A stretch of DNA of 64,000 nucleotides from an uncultured Trueperaceae bacterium (GTDB lineage: Bacteria; Deinococcota; Deinococci; Deinococcales; Trueperaceae): NCBI GenBank assembly GCA_963727505.1, contig CAVSGP010000005.1:192001-256000 (forward strand), in the 5' to 3' direction. Within the stretch, counting starts at the first letter, position 1. The number at the start of each line of letters is the position of its first letter. A program made the position numbers and the translations under genes. The notes beneath the pieces are model-generated. The model ran no database searches. It saw only the letters and a list, made by a program, of their open reading frames with translations, and had not been told where the DNA came from. Shown in pieces: positions 49,665 to 58,640 of this stretch.

Positions 49665-52148
49665 GTGGCACTGTCGCTGCTCGTCGGGCCGCCGGGATCG
49701 GGCCGCACCCACGCCTTGCTGGCGCGCGCTCGCGAGGCGTGCGCGGCGGGGCAGCGCGTGTGGTGGGTGGGCCTGCCGGCGCAACGCGATGCCGTCTACC
49801 GGCGGGCGACGCTGGAGGGCTCGGCCCCAGCCTCGGGTGCGACCCAGCGTGGCGCAGCCGCCGGCGCCGCGCTCCTCGGTCTCGAGTTCCTGACGCTGCA
49901 ACAGGTCTACTACCGGATGCTGGCGCGCGCCCGCGCGTTGCACCCGCTCGTCATCGGCAGCGGCCGCCTGGTGCTGGTGGGGGAGGCTCTGGCGGAGGTC
50001 GCCGGGGCGGTGCCGGCGCCCGGCGAAGCGCGGCTCTTCGCGCAGGCCATCGCCGAGGCCAAGCGCTACGCCGTGGGGCCGGACGGCGTGACCGGCGACG
50101 GGGGCCTCGGCGACGGGGGCCTAAGCGACGGGGGTCTGGGCGACGGGGGTCTAGGCGACGACGACCCCGAGCGCCGCAGGCTGGCGCGTGTCTTCGCCGC
50201 CTACGAGCGCCGCAAGCGCGCTTCCGACGACGCCTGGGACTACGACGACTTCCGCGCGGGCGCCCGGCGGCTGGCCGAGACCGCGCCCGAGGCGTGCGAG
50301 GCGGACCTCATCATCGTCGACGGCTTCCGGGAGCTGGGCCCGCTCGAGCTGCGGCTGTTCCGGGCCCTGGGGCGGCATCGCGAGGTCCACATCGCGCTGC
50401 CCGAGGCGCCCGCAGGTCTGGCGTGGGCGGACGTGGCGCCCGCGCCCGGTGCACCGCAGCGCACCGTCGAGCGCTACCGCGCTCCCAACCCTGTCGCCGA
50501 GGCCCGCTGGGTGCTGCGTTCGCTCAAGCGCGACCTGGCCGAGGGCGGGTACGACCCGCTCGAGCTGGCGCTCATCGCGCCTCCCGAACGGGTGCGGGCG
50601 CTCGACGCGCTCGCCGACGAGTACGGCGTTCCGCTGATCGACGAGACGCCGATCTCGCTGGCGGACGCGCCGGCGGGGCGGGTGCTGGTCGAGCTGCTCG
50701 AGCTACCCGACCACCCCACGCCCGCGGGCCTGCTTGCGGTGCCGGAGCTGGCGGAGCTGGCCGACGCCGCCCTGGACGCCGGCGTGGCAGGCGGCGACGC
50801 CATCCTGGCGCTGGCCGAACGGCTCGGTGTGCACGAACGCTACCGCGACTGGCTGGCCACCCTGGAGGCGCAGGGCGAGCCGCTGGCGTGGGCGCGGCAC
50901 ATGCTGGCTTCGGTGCTGCCGGCGGTGCTGTTGAGGGCGCCGGAGGGGGCCGACGGCGGGCTGGAGGCCTTCCGGGAAGCGGCGCTGCGCGCCGCCCAGG
51001 AGGCGTCGCAGCTCGCCGAGGGACCCGGCTTCCGAGCCTGGTGGGCGGCGCTGTTGCGTCAGGGGCGGCTGCCCCGCGAACGGCCCGGGGGGGTGGCGCT
51101 CCTCACGTCGACGCTGGCGAGCGGACGCCACTTCCGCAAGGCCTACCTGCTGGGCGCCGTGGAGGGCGCCTACGGCGCCGGCGAGCGCGAGGACTACTTC
51201 GTGCCCGAGGACGACCGTGCGGCGTTGGACGCGAGCAACGAACGCCTGGGGCTGCCGCACCGCTTCCAGGGCCGCGACGCCGCCGTGCTCGAGGAGCTGC
51301 TGGCGCGGGCCGACGTGCTGGTGGTGACGGCTCCCGAGGCCGACCAGGGCGGCCCGCTGGTGGCGGAACCCCGCCTGGTGGGTGAGAAGGCTCCGCCGCT
51401 GCCGGAGGTGCCCGCCGGCAGCTCGCTCGAGCTCCCCGCCGACACCCGCTACCGGGCCGAGCTGGGCGCGGTGGAGCTGGGCGCGTCGACCGTCGAGGCG
51501 CTCCACCGCTTCGACACCTGCTCGTTGCGCTACTGGGGCGAGCGCCGGCTGCAGGAGCGGAGCCCGGACGCGTCGCCCTGGTGGGAGACGCTCAGGCGCG
51601 ATCTGTGCCGCGACCGGACCCTGACGCCCGAGCGGCGCGCGGCCCTGGCGGCCGCTTACCCGGACGCCGCGGCCTGGATCGAGCGGCAGGGCGCCGCGCT
51701 GTCGGCGCTGACCTTCGGCGTGCGCCTGCCCTCGGACACCAGCGCTCAGGCGGGTGCGACCGTCCAGGCCCGCCTCGACGCCGCCGTCCGCGAGGGCGGG
51801 CACGCCACGCTGGTGCGCTTCGTCGCGCCCGATGCGGTGGCCGACGCGGCCGAGGCGGAGCGCTACGTGAAGGATCGCTGGACCGAGCTGTGGGCGGCCG
51901 GGCACCTGCTCGAGCGCTACCGCGGCCGTGTCAAGCGCGTCGACGTGCGGGTGTGGCCGCTGCTGGGCGAACCGATCGACGTGTTCGAGCGCGGTATCAC
52001 CTACCGCTGGCGTCAGATCGAGACGCGCGCCCGCCGGGCTTCGGCCGCCCTCGAACGCTTCGAGCGCGGCGAGGTGACACCCCAGCCCGGGTTCCACTGC
52101 CGTAGCTGCCCCATCTTCGACGTGTGCCGCGAGGGCCGGGCGTCGTGA
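49665..52148 (+). CDS. AddB-like subunit (degenerate helicase + Fe-S staple nuclease-like domain)
   Basis: N-terminal GPPGSGRT; IIVDGF; EARWVLR; DTC...PGFHCRSCPIFDVCR four-Cys pattern; coupled to the downstream helicase. Confidence 0.75.
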   Translation: MALSLLVGPPGSGRTHALLARAREACAAGQRVWWVGLPAQRDAVYRRATLEGSAPASGATQRGAAAGAALLGLEFLTLQQVYYRMLARARALHPLVIGSGRLVLVGEALAEVAGAVPAPGEARLFAQAIAEAKRYAVGPDGVTGDGGLGDGGLSDGGLGDGGLGDDDPERRRLARVFAAYERRKRASDDAWDYDDFRAGARRLAETAPEACEADLIIVDGFRELGPLELRLFRALGRHREVHIALPEAPAGLAWADVAPAPGAPQRTVERYRAPNPVAEARWVLRSLKRDLAEGGYDPLELALIAPPERVRALDALADEYGVPLIDETPISLADAPAGRVLVELLELPDHPTPAGLLAVPELAELADAALDAGVAGGDAILALAERLGVHERYRDWLATLEAQGEPLAWARHMLASVLPAVLLRAPEGADGGLEAFREAALRAAQEASQLAEGPGFRAWWAALLRQGRLPRERPGGVALLTSTLASGRHFRKAYLLGAVEGAYGAGEREDYFVPEDDRAALDASNERLGLPHRFQGRDAAVLEELLARADVLVVTAPEADQGGPLVAEPRLVGEKAPPLPEVPAGSSLELPADTRYRAELGAVELGASTVEALHRFDTCSLRYWGERRLQERSPDASPWWETLRRDLCRDRTLTPERRAALAAAYPDAAAWIERQGAALSALTFGVRLPSDTSAQAGATVQARLDAAVREGGHATLVRFVAPDAVADAAEAERYVKDRWTELWAAGHLLERYRGRVKRVDVRVWPLLGEPIDVFERGITYRWRQIETRARRASAALERFERGEVTPQPGFHCRSCPIFDVCREGRAS

Positions 52149-55036
52149 GGGTCCGCGTGGCGTCGGCCGGCACCGGCAAGACCACCAGTCTGGTGGCGCG
52201 CTACCTGCAGCTCGTCGACGGCGGCCGGCCGCTGCGGCGCATCGCCGGCGTCACCTTCACCCGGGCGGCCGCCGACGAGCTGCGGCAGCGCGTGGGCGCC
52301 GGCATCGAGGAGGTGCTGACGGCGGGCGGCTACCTGGGGTCGGTCTTCCGCCCGTCGGGCGAGCTGGCCCCGTTCCGGCGGGCCCGGAGGGAGCTCGACG
52401 GCGCCGTGATCAGCACCATCCACGGCTTCATGATCGCGACCCTGCGGCTATCGGCGCCGGTGCTCGGGCTCGACCCCGACTTCGGCGTGCTGGGCGAGTG
52501 GGAGGCCGCCGCCATGTTCGAAGAGGAGGTGCGCAGCCTGCAGCTCCTCGCTGCCGACCCCGGCCACCCCCGCCACGCCGACGCCGCCGCGCTGGGCGAG
52601 CGGGCCGGCGAGCTGCTGCTGGCGCTGTTCGGCAAGCGCTCGCTGGCGCCCGATCTGGCGCCCGGGCCCCAGCCGCAGGACCGCGCCCTGCTGGCGCTGT
52701 TCCGCGTCGCCTACGAGCGCTACCTGGCGCGGCTGTCGGGGGCGCTGGTGGCGCCCGGGGAGGTCGAGCGCCGGGCGCTCAAGGCCCTCGACGTGCCGCA
52801 GGCGCGCGCCCGCGTCGTGGCGCGTTTCCCGGTGGCGCTCGTCGACGAGTTCCAGGACGTCAACCCGGTGCAGGGCGCCTTCTTCCGGCGGCTGGAGGAG
52901 GCGGGCGTGCAGGTCGAGGTGGTCGGCGACCCCAAGCAGTCGATCTACGGGTTCCGCAATGCCGACGTCGAGGTGTTCCGCACGGCGCTGGACGACGCCG
53001 AGCGCACCGGCGAGGTGCAGCCGCCGCTGACCGACACCCGCCGTCACGCGCGCGTCGTGACGGCGTTCCTCAACCGCCTCACCGACGGGCTGGCCCGCCG
53101 CTCGCTGGGGTTCGGGCCGCGCGAGGCACCCCCGGTGCATGCCGCCGGCGGCCAGGCGGAGAAGGAAGGGCGGGTGGCGCTGCACTGGGTGGTGGGAGAC
53201 GACCGCATGGCCCTCCTGCGCGCCCGCGAGGGCGCCGTTCTGGCCGAGGCGCTGCAACGTCACCACGCCGCCGGCACCGCCTACGGCGACATGGCTGTGC
53301 TGGCCCGCAGCTACGGAGGGCTGGCGGTGGCCGAGGAGGCTTTGCGCGGCGCCGGCGTGCCCTGCGTGATGCTCCAGGGCCGCGGCTACTACGAGCGCAG
53401 CGAGATCCGCGATCTGTACCACGCCCTGCGCGTCGGTATCCGGCCCGAGGGGGTGAGCCTGCCCGCCTTCCTGCGGGGCCCCTTCGCTCAGCTCGAGCTG
53501 CCGCGGGTCGACGCCGTGATGCGCGCCGAGCGCCCCCTGCAGGCGCTGCGCGAGGTCGCCCCGGCGGTCGCCGAGCGCATCGAGGCGCTGCAAGCCATCG
53601 CGCGGCTGGCGCCCCTGGAGGCCGTCAAGCGGCTCGTGCGCGATCCCCTGGTGGACGGCCGTCGCTACGTCGAGTTCCTCGACGAGCGCGCCCGCCAGAA
53701 CGTCGATGCGCTGCTGTTCGAGGTCGCGGCGAGCACCCCGCGCGACCTCGAGGTGCTGCTCGACCGGCTCGAGCTGCTCAGCCGCCAGGCCGAGGCCGGC
53801 GATGTCCCGCAGAGCGGCGCCGGCGTGCGGCTGCTCACGGTGCACCGTTCCAAGGGCCTCGAGTTCCCCCTGGCCGCAGTGTTCGATGCCGGCCGCATGC
53901 TCGTGGCGCGCTCCGATGCGCTCTACCTCGATCCGCGCGACGGCCGCCCGCTGCTGGCGGGTAGCGAAGGCTACGAGGAGGCCCGCCGCCGCGCGCAGGA
54001 GCGCGACGAGCAGGAGAGCTACCGGCTGCTCTACGTCGCGGCCAGCCGCGCGCGCGACACCCTCGTCCTGACCGGCAGCGTCAAGGCGGGCGACCCTCAG
54101 GGTTGGGCCGCGGCGCTGGCGGCGATCGGCTTCGGACCCGACGGCAGGGCGCCCGACGGCAACTCACCCGACGGCAGGGCGCCCGGTGACGCTCGTGACG
54201 ACGCGTTGGGCGTGACGGTCCACACCCACGCCGCCGCCGAGCTCGAGCCGCTGCAGCGCGCCGGCGAGGAGGCCCCAGCCGCCGGGCTGCCGGCCGCGCC
54301 GTGGCTGACGCGCCGCTTCCCGCCGCACCGCTACCCGGCGGTGTACAGCCCCTCCCGTCTGAAGCGCGAGGTCGACCGGAAGGCCGCGCCCGATCCGGCC
54401 ACCGATCCGTTGTCTGATCCGTTGTCTGATCCGTTGTCTGAGCTGGCGTCTGAGCCGGCGTCCGAGCCGGCCGCCGAGCCGCTGCCCCCCTCCGACCCCG
54501 ACGTCGCCTCGGTGCTGCCGGGGCGCGGCCCCGTGGTCGGCACGCTGGTGCACTACGCCATCGGCCAGGGCTGGGACCCGGACGAGGCAGCCACCCGCGC
54601 CAACCTGGTGGCGCAGGAGGTGATGTTCGCCTTCGCGCCCGACGAGCGGCGGGTGCTGCTCGACGAGGTGCTGGCTCTGCTGCGGCGCTACCGCTCGCTG
54701 TTGGGGGGTGCGCTGCCGGCGCTGGCTGCGCGCCAGCACGACCGAGCCGAGCTGCCGGTGGCGGTGCCGTACGGCGGCACCGTGTGGCAGGGGGTCATCG
54801 ACCGGCTGTATCGGGTGGACGGGGAGTGGGTCGTGGAGGACTACAAGACCGACAGGACCGTACGCCCGGAACGCTACGCCTTCCAGCTCGCGCTCTACGT
54901 CCACGCCGTGGAGCGCGCCCTCGGGGAGCGCCCGCGCGCACAGCTCGTCTATCTGCGCGAGGGCACGGTCGTTCCCGTCGGCGACGCCGCCCTGCGCGAG
55001 GCGTTCGCCCGCGCCTTGGAGGGGGAGCGCGCGTGA
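52145..55036 (+). CDS. AddA-like UvrD/REP helicase with a C-terminal PD-(D/E)XK nuclease
   Basis: [76 protein letters not shown]. Confidence 0.9.
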   Translation: MRVRVASAGTGKTTSLVARYLQLVDGGRPLRRIAGVTFTRAAADELRQRVGAGIEEVLTAGGYLGSVFRPSGELAPFRRARRELDGAVISTIHGFMIATLRLSAPVLGLDPDFGVLGEWEAAAMFEEEVRSLQLLAADPGHPRHADAAALGERAGELLLALFGKRSLAPDLAPGPQPQDRALLALFRVAYERYLARLSGALVAPGEVERRALKALDVPQARARVVARFPVALVDEFQDVNPVQGAFFRRLEEAGVQVEVVGDPKQSIYGFRNADVEVFRTALDDAERTGEVQPPLTDTRRHARVVTAFLNRLTDGLARRSLGFGPREAPPVHAAGGQAEKEGRVALHWVVGDDRMALLRAREGAVLAEALQRHHAAGTAYGDMAVLARSYGGLAVAEEALRGAGVPCVMLQGRGYYERSEIRDLYHALRVGIRPEGVSLPAFLRGPFAQLELPRVDAVMRAERPLQALREVAPAVAERIEALQAIARLAPLEAVKRLVRDPLVDGRRYVEFLDERARQNVDALLFEVAASTPRDLEVLLDRLELLSRQAEAGDVPQSGAGVRLLTVHRSKGLEFPLAAVFDAGRMLVARSDALYLDPRDGRPLLAGSEGYEEARRRAQERDEQESYRLLYVAASRARDTLVLTGSVKAGDPQGWAAALAAIGFGPDGRAPDGNSPDGRAPGDARDDALGVTVHTHAAAELEPLQRAGEEAPAAGLPAAPWLTRRFPPHRYPAVYSPSRLKREVDRKAAPDPATDPLSDPLSDPLSELASEPASEPAAEPLPPSDPDVASVLPGRGPVVGTLVHYAIGQGWDPDEAATRANLVAQEVMFAFAPDERRVLLDEVLALLRRYRSLLGGALPALAARQHDRAELPVAVPYGGTVWQGVIDRLYRVDGEWVVEDYKTDRTVRPERYAFQLALYVHAVERALGERPRAQLVYLREGTVVPVGDAALREAFARALEGERA

Positions 55037-55458
55037 GCGGGGCCTCCCCGTCGCGACTCACCCTCGAGCTCCAGGTGCAGGACGCAGATCTGGACGAGCT
55101 CGAGCACGTCAACAACGCGGCCTACCTGCGCTACGCCGAGGAGGCCGCCCGCGCGCACTCCGCCGCCCGCGGCTTCCCGCTGGAGGCCTACATGGCCCTG
55201 GGAGCGCTGCCGGTGGTGCGCCGCCACGAGATCCGCTACCGCCGGCCCGCCCTGCCCGGCGACACGCTGGCCGTGACCACCGAGGTGCGCCGCTTGGACG
55301 GACGGCGGGCGGTGCGGCACACCGACATCCGGCGCGCCGCAGACGGCGCGTTGCTGGCCGAGGCCGACACCGAGTGGGTCTGGGTGGACGCCGAGCGCGG
55401 CCGGCCCGTGCGTGTGCCGGAGGCCGTGCTGGCGGCCTTCGAGGTCGCCGGTGCCTAG
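55033..55458 (+). CDS. Acyl-CoA thioesterase (hotdog fold, 4HBT-like)
   Basis: [31 protein letters not shown]. Confidence 0.9.
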   Translation: MSGASPSRLTLELQVQDADLDELEHVNNAAYLRYAEEAARAHSAARGFPLEAYMALGALPVVRRHEIRYRRPALPGDTLAVTTEVRRLDGRRAVRHTDIRRAADGALLAEADTEWVWVDAERGRPVRVPEAVLAAFEVAGA

Positions 55459-56150
55459 CCGGGCGTCCCGGGCGGGGAGGCGGTGCGGTAGAGCACCGCG
55501 TTGCCCTGTTTGCCCACCGGCTCGATGAGCTCGAGCGCGCGAAGGCAGTAGGCGGCCTCCTGGGCCGTGCGCCGGGGCAGCTTGCCGAGCGTCGCCAGGT
55601 CTGCCGTGCCGAAGGGTTCGGGCAGCGCGTCGGGCAGGAACGCCAACAGATCGCTCGGTCGCTCGAGGCGCCGGCGTTCGTGAATGGCGAGCAGCTCGCG
55701 CCCCACCACCACCCAGCCGCGCCGGCGCCATGCCTTGCCGGGCTGGTGGCGCCGCAACTCCTCCTGCTCGGTCAGCGCCATTTCCACCTCGAAGTTGGGG
55801 TGCGAGAGCAGGTCGGGGATGCTGACCAGCTCGCGGAAGATGTCCTCGGCACGGCCGCGCTTGGGCGAGCGGCGCCGGCTACGGCTGCCGTCCTCGTAAC
55901 AGCGCACGATCCACTTGCGCTCGGCGACGGGGAGCACCAGCCGCAGGCGGTGGTTGGGAAGCAGGGCCGCCAGCTTGGAGCGCATGCCGGCAACGTTGCG
56001 GGTCTGGATCTCGATCAGCAGGTCATCGGCCACGATGTCCACGACGTAACCGTCGACGTCGACCTCGAAGCGGCTGCCCGGAGGCGCCAGCCGTTGCTTG
56101 AGTGCGGCGTGCAGGGGTGTCTCGTTGAGCGAGCCGATGACCCGGGGCAC
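55455..56150 (-). CDS. Hypothetical protein with a PD-(D/E)XK-like motif and possible C-terminal winged helix
   Basis: [52 protein letters not shown]; leaderless TACCAT -10. Confidence 0.7.
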   Translation of the reverse strand: MPRVIGSLNETPLHAALKQRLAPPGSRFEVDVDGYVVDIVADDLLIEIQTRNVAGMRSKLAALLPNHRLRLVLPVAERKWIVRCYEDGSRSRRRSPKRGRAEDIFRELVSIPDLLSHPNFEVEMALTEQEELRRHQPGKAWRRRGWVVVGRELLAIHERRRLERPSDLLAFLPDALPEPFGTADLATLGKLPRRTAQEAAYCLRALELIEPVGKQGNAVLYRTASPPGTPG

Positions 56151-56232
56151 GGGCCATGGTATCCGTCCAGGCGTTCTAGGGTTTTGCCTAGTTACCGACC
56201 ACGCCGCCGCGCGGTTCTGGCACACTCGCTCC

Positions 56233-56493
56233 ATGGATCTCACCGAACGACCGGCAACCTTGGGCGGCATGGAGGGCGTTCTCATCGGCACTGCGGAGGA
56301 CGGGTGGGTGTGGCGCACGGAGGTCCCGGCGGGCAAGCTCGCCACCTTCCTCGGCGGCACGGCCGCGGGCTCGGTGCTCGAGCTCCGCTCGGAGTCGGGC
56401 GTGTGCCACGCCGACGTGCGCCGCTGCTGGGTGGACGTGGGCGACGAGGCCTTCACCCTGCGCGTGGCGTTGCAGGCGCGCCCGGTGGCCTGA
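56233..56493 (+). CDS. Small hypothetical protein
   Basis: Beta-rich ORF with CACACT -10 six nt before the ATG. Confidence 0.55.
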   Translation: MDLTERPATLGGMEGVLIGTAEDGWVWRTEVPAGKLATFLGGTAAGSVLELRSESGVCHADVRRCWVDVGDEAFTLRVALQARPVA

Positions 56494-56588
56494 GGCGCCC
56501 GCCTGCCTGCCCGGCCGCCTGCCCAGCTGCCTGCCCGACTGCCTGTTCTGCCGCGTGCCCGCCGGTGCGCCGCAGGCGGCGCGCGCTC

Positions 56589-56617
56589 TTGCCAAGGGGC
56601 CTCGCAGGCCCTAGACT
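56589..56617 (+). promoter_or_regulatory. Promoter of the cold-shock gene (long 5' UTR)
   Basis: TTGCCA-N17-TAGACT, about 145 nt before the ATG. Confidence 0.65.
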
Positions 56618-56762
56618 GCTCTCGTCCGGAAAGGGCGTCCGTCACGCCCTTCGCCGGCATCCCGCCCGGTCGGCCCCAGGGCGCGTGCGCGCTGCGACCG
56701 TCCGCCGGGATGAACTTTTCGGGTCCGCGCCTTCCAGGGTGAGCGGACCGGTAGGGAAGATC

Positions 56763-57014
56763 ATGGCGACAGGCAAGGTGAAGTGGTTCAGCAACGAGAA
56801 GGGCTACGGCTTCATCGAGCAGGATGGGGGCGGGGAGGACGTGTTCGTCCACTTCTCGGCCATCCAGGGCGACGGTTTCCGTTCGCTGGGCGAGGGTGAC
56901 GCCGTCAGCTTCGACATCGAGCAGGGCCGTAAGGGGCCGCAGGCGCAGAACGTCGTCGTGACGGCCGCCGGCAGCCCGCAGCCCAGCGCAGGGGGTCGCC
57001 GCGAACGCTTCTGA
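56763..57014 (+). CDS. Cold-shock protein
   Basis: [37 protein letters not shown]. Confidence 0.97.
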   Translation: MATGKVKWFSNEKGYGFIEQDGGGEDVFVHFSAIQGDGFRSLGEGDAVSFDIEQGRKGPQAQNVVVTAAGSPQPSAGGRRERF

Positions 57015-57032
57015 CAGGTCGCTCGAACCTCC

Positions 57033-57068
57033 ACGGGCCCGGTGCGTGCACCGGGCCCGTTCTTCGTT
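57033..57068 (+). terminator. Intrinsic terminator after csp
   Basis: ACGGGCCCGGTG-cgtg-CACCGGGCCCGT followed by TCTTCGTT. Confidence 0.8.
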
Positions 57069-57130
57069 GTGGGAGCTAGAATGCCGTGGGGACCGGCCCC
57101 TGCGGGTGCGGGCCCCGGATGGGAGGTGCC

Positions 57131-57337
57131 ATGAGCGAGCACGTCTACAAGAAGATCGAGCTGACCGGGTCCTCCGAGAAGAGCCTCGAAGACGCCATCA
57201 AGAACGCTGTCGCCAAGGCGGCCGAGACGATCCACGACATGCGCTGGTTCGAGGTGGTCGACACCCGCGGCCACATCGAGGACGGCCGGGTCGTTCACTA
57301 CCAGGTCACCATCAAGATCGGCTTCACGCTGGACTGA
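57131..57337 (+). CDS. Dodecin (flavin-binding)
   Basis: [33 protein letters not shown]. Confidence 0.95.
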   Translation: MSEHVYKKIELTGSSEKSLEDAIKNAVAKAAETIHDMRWFEVVDTRGHIEDGRVVHYQVTIKIGFTLD

Positions 57338-57467
57338 GGCCGGTGCGGGGCGGGCGCTCGCCTACCCCGGCGGACCCCGACGCCAAGGGCGTGCGGCCCG
57401 GCGCGCGAGCGCCGGGCCGAAGCTTCGTGGCTCGGCGGCGCCGGATGGAGCGGGGATAGACTCGGGC

Positions 57468-58640
57468 ATGAGCGAACGACTGCAGGGCATCCTGGCGCTT
57501 CCGACGGGGCTGGCGGCGGGCACTCTGGCGTACGGCGAGCGCATCGAAGCGATCGACGCGCAGAGGCCGGCCACGACCGGAGCGGCCATGGCGACGCTGC
57601 TGGGCGCAGTCCGTCGCGGCGACGCTCCTCTGATCCTGCCCGGCTTCGTCGACGGGCACGTGCACGGCGGCGGCGGCGGCGACACCATGGACGGACCCGA
57701 CGGCGTGCGCACGCTCGCCGCGTTCCATCTGCGACACGGCACCACCACGCTGCTGCCCACCACCATCACCAACCCGTGGCCCGACGTGCTGCGGGCGTTG
57801 CACGGCGTGCGCACGGTCATGGACGATCCCACGGCGCCCGACGGCGGCCCGCTCCCTTCCATCGTGGGAGCGCATCTGGAGGGGCCGTTCATCAGTCCGC
57901 AGAGGCTCGGCGCGCAGCCCCCCATGACGCTCACCCCCGACCCCGATCGCATCGACGCGGTGCTGGCAGCGGGCGTGGTGCGGGTGGTGACGCTCGCGCC
58001 CGAGGTGGAGGGCGCGCTGCGGGCCGCGACGACGCTGGCGCGGGCCGGCGTGCGGGTGAGTATCGGACACACCGATGCGGGCTACGACGAGGCGCGCGCG
58101 CTCATCGAAGCGGTGCGCGCCGAGGGCGGCACCGTGGGCTTCACGCACCTGTTCAACGCCATGACCGCGCTGGGGAGCCGGGCGCCGGGCACGGTCGGAG
58201 CGGCACTGGCCGACGAGGACGCCTTCGCCGAGCTGATCCTCGATCTGCATCATGTGCACGCCGCCAGCTTCCGGGCGGCCGCGGCGGCCATGAGCGGCCG
58301 TCTCCACCTCATCACCGACGCCATCCGCGCCTGCGGCATGCCGGAGGGGGAGACCGAGCTGGGTGGGCAGCGTGTGCTGGTGAAGGGTGGGGCGGCGCGG
58401 CTCCCGAGCGGCTCGCTGGCAGGCAGCGTGCTCACCCTCGACGCCGCCTTCCGCAACGCCGTGGCTTCCGGGCTCTCCGTCGTTCGGGCCAGCGCCCTGG
58501 CCTCGGGTGTGGCCGCGCGCTACCTGGGGCTGGACGATCGCGGGGAGCTGGCCGTGGGCAAGCGCGCCGACCTGCTGACGCTCGACGGCGAGCTGGCGCT
58601 GCGCTCGGTGGCGGTCGGCGGCCGGGCCGTGCGGCTCTAG
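57468..58640 (+). CDS. nagA: N-acetylglucosamine-6-phosphate deacetylase
   Basis: PGFVDGHVHGGGG, GAHLEGPF, TLAPE, GHTDA, THLFNAM, ITDA, LAGS. Confidence 0.95.
   Translation: MSERLQGILALPTGLAAGTLAYGERIEAIDAQRPATTGAAMATLLGAVRRGDAPLILPGFVDGHVHGGGGGDTMDGPDGVRTLAAFHLRHGTTTLLPTTITNPWPDVLRALHGVRTVMDDPTAPDGGPLPSIVGAHLEGPFISPQRLGAQPPMTLTPDPDRIDAVLAAGVVRVVTLAPEVEGALRAATTLARAGVRVSIGHTDAGYDEARALIEAVRAEGGTVGFTHLFNAMTALGSRAPGTVGAALADEDAFAELILDLHHVHAASFRAAAAAMSGRLHLITDAIRACGMPEGETELGGQRVLVKGGAARLPSGSLAGSVLTLDAAFRNAVASGLSVVRASALASGVAARYLGLDDRGELAVGKRADLLTLDGELALRSVAVGGRAVRL

Noticed and set aside
49665..56150. Helicase-nuclease cluster as an anti-phage island
   Set aside because: The B-then-A architecture and housekeeping context fit AddAB repair; no mobility genes or compositional shift.
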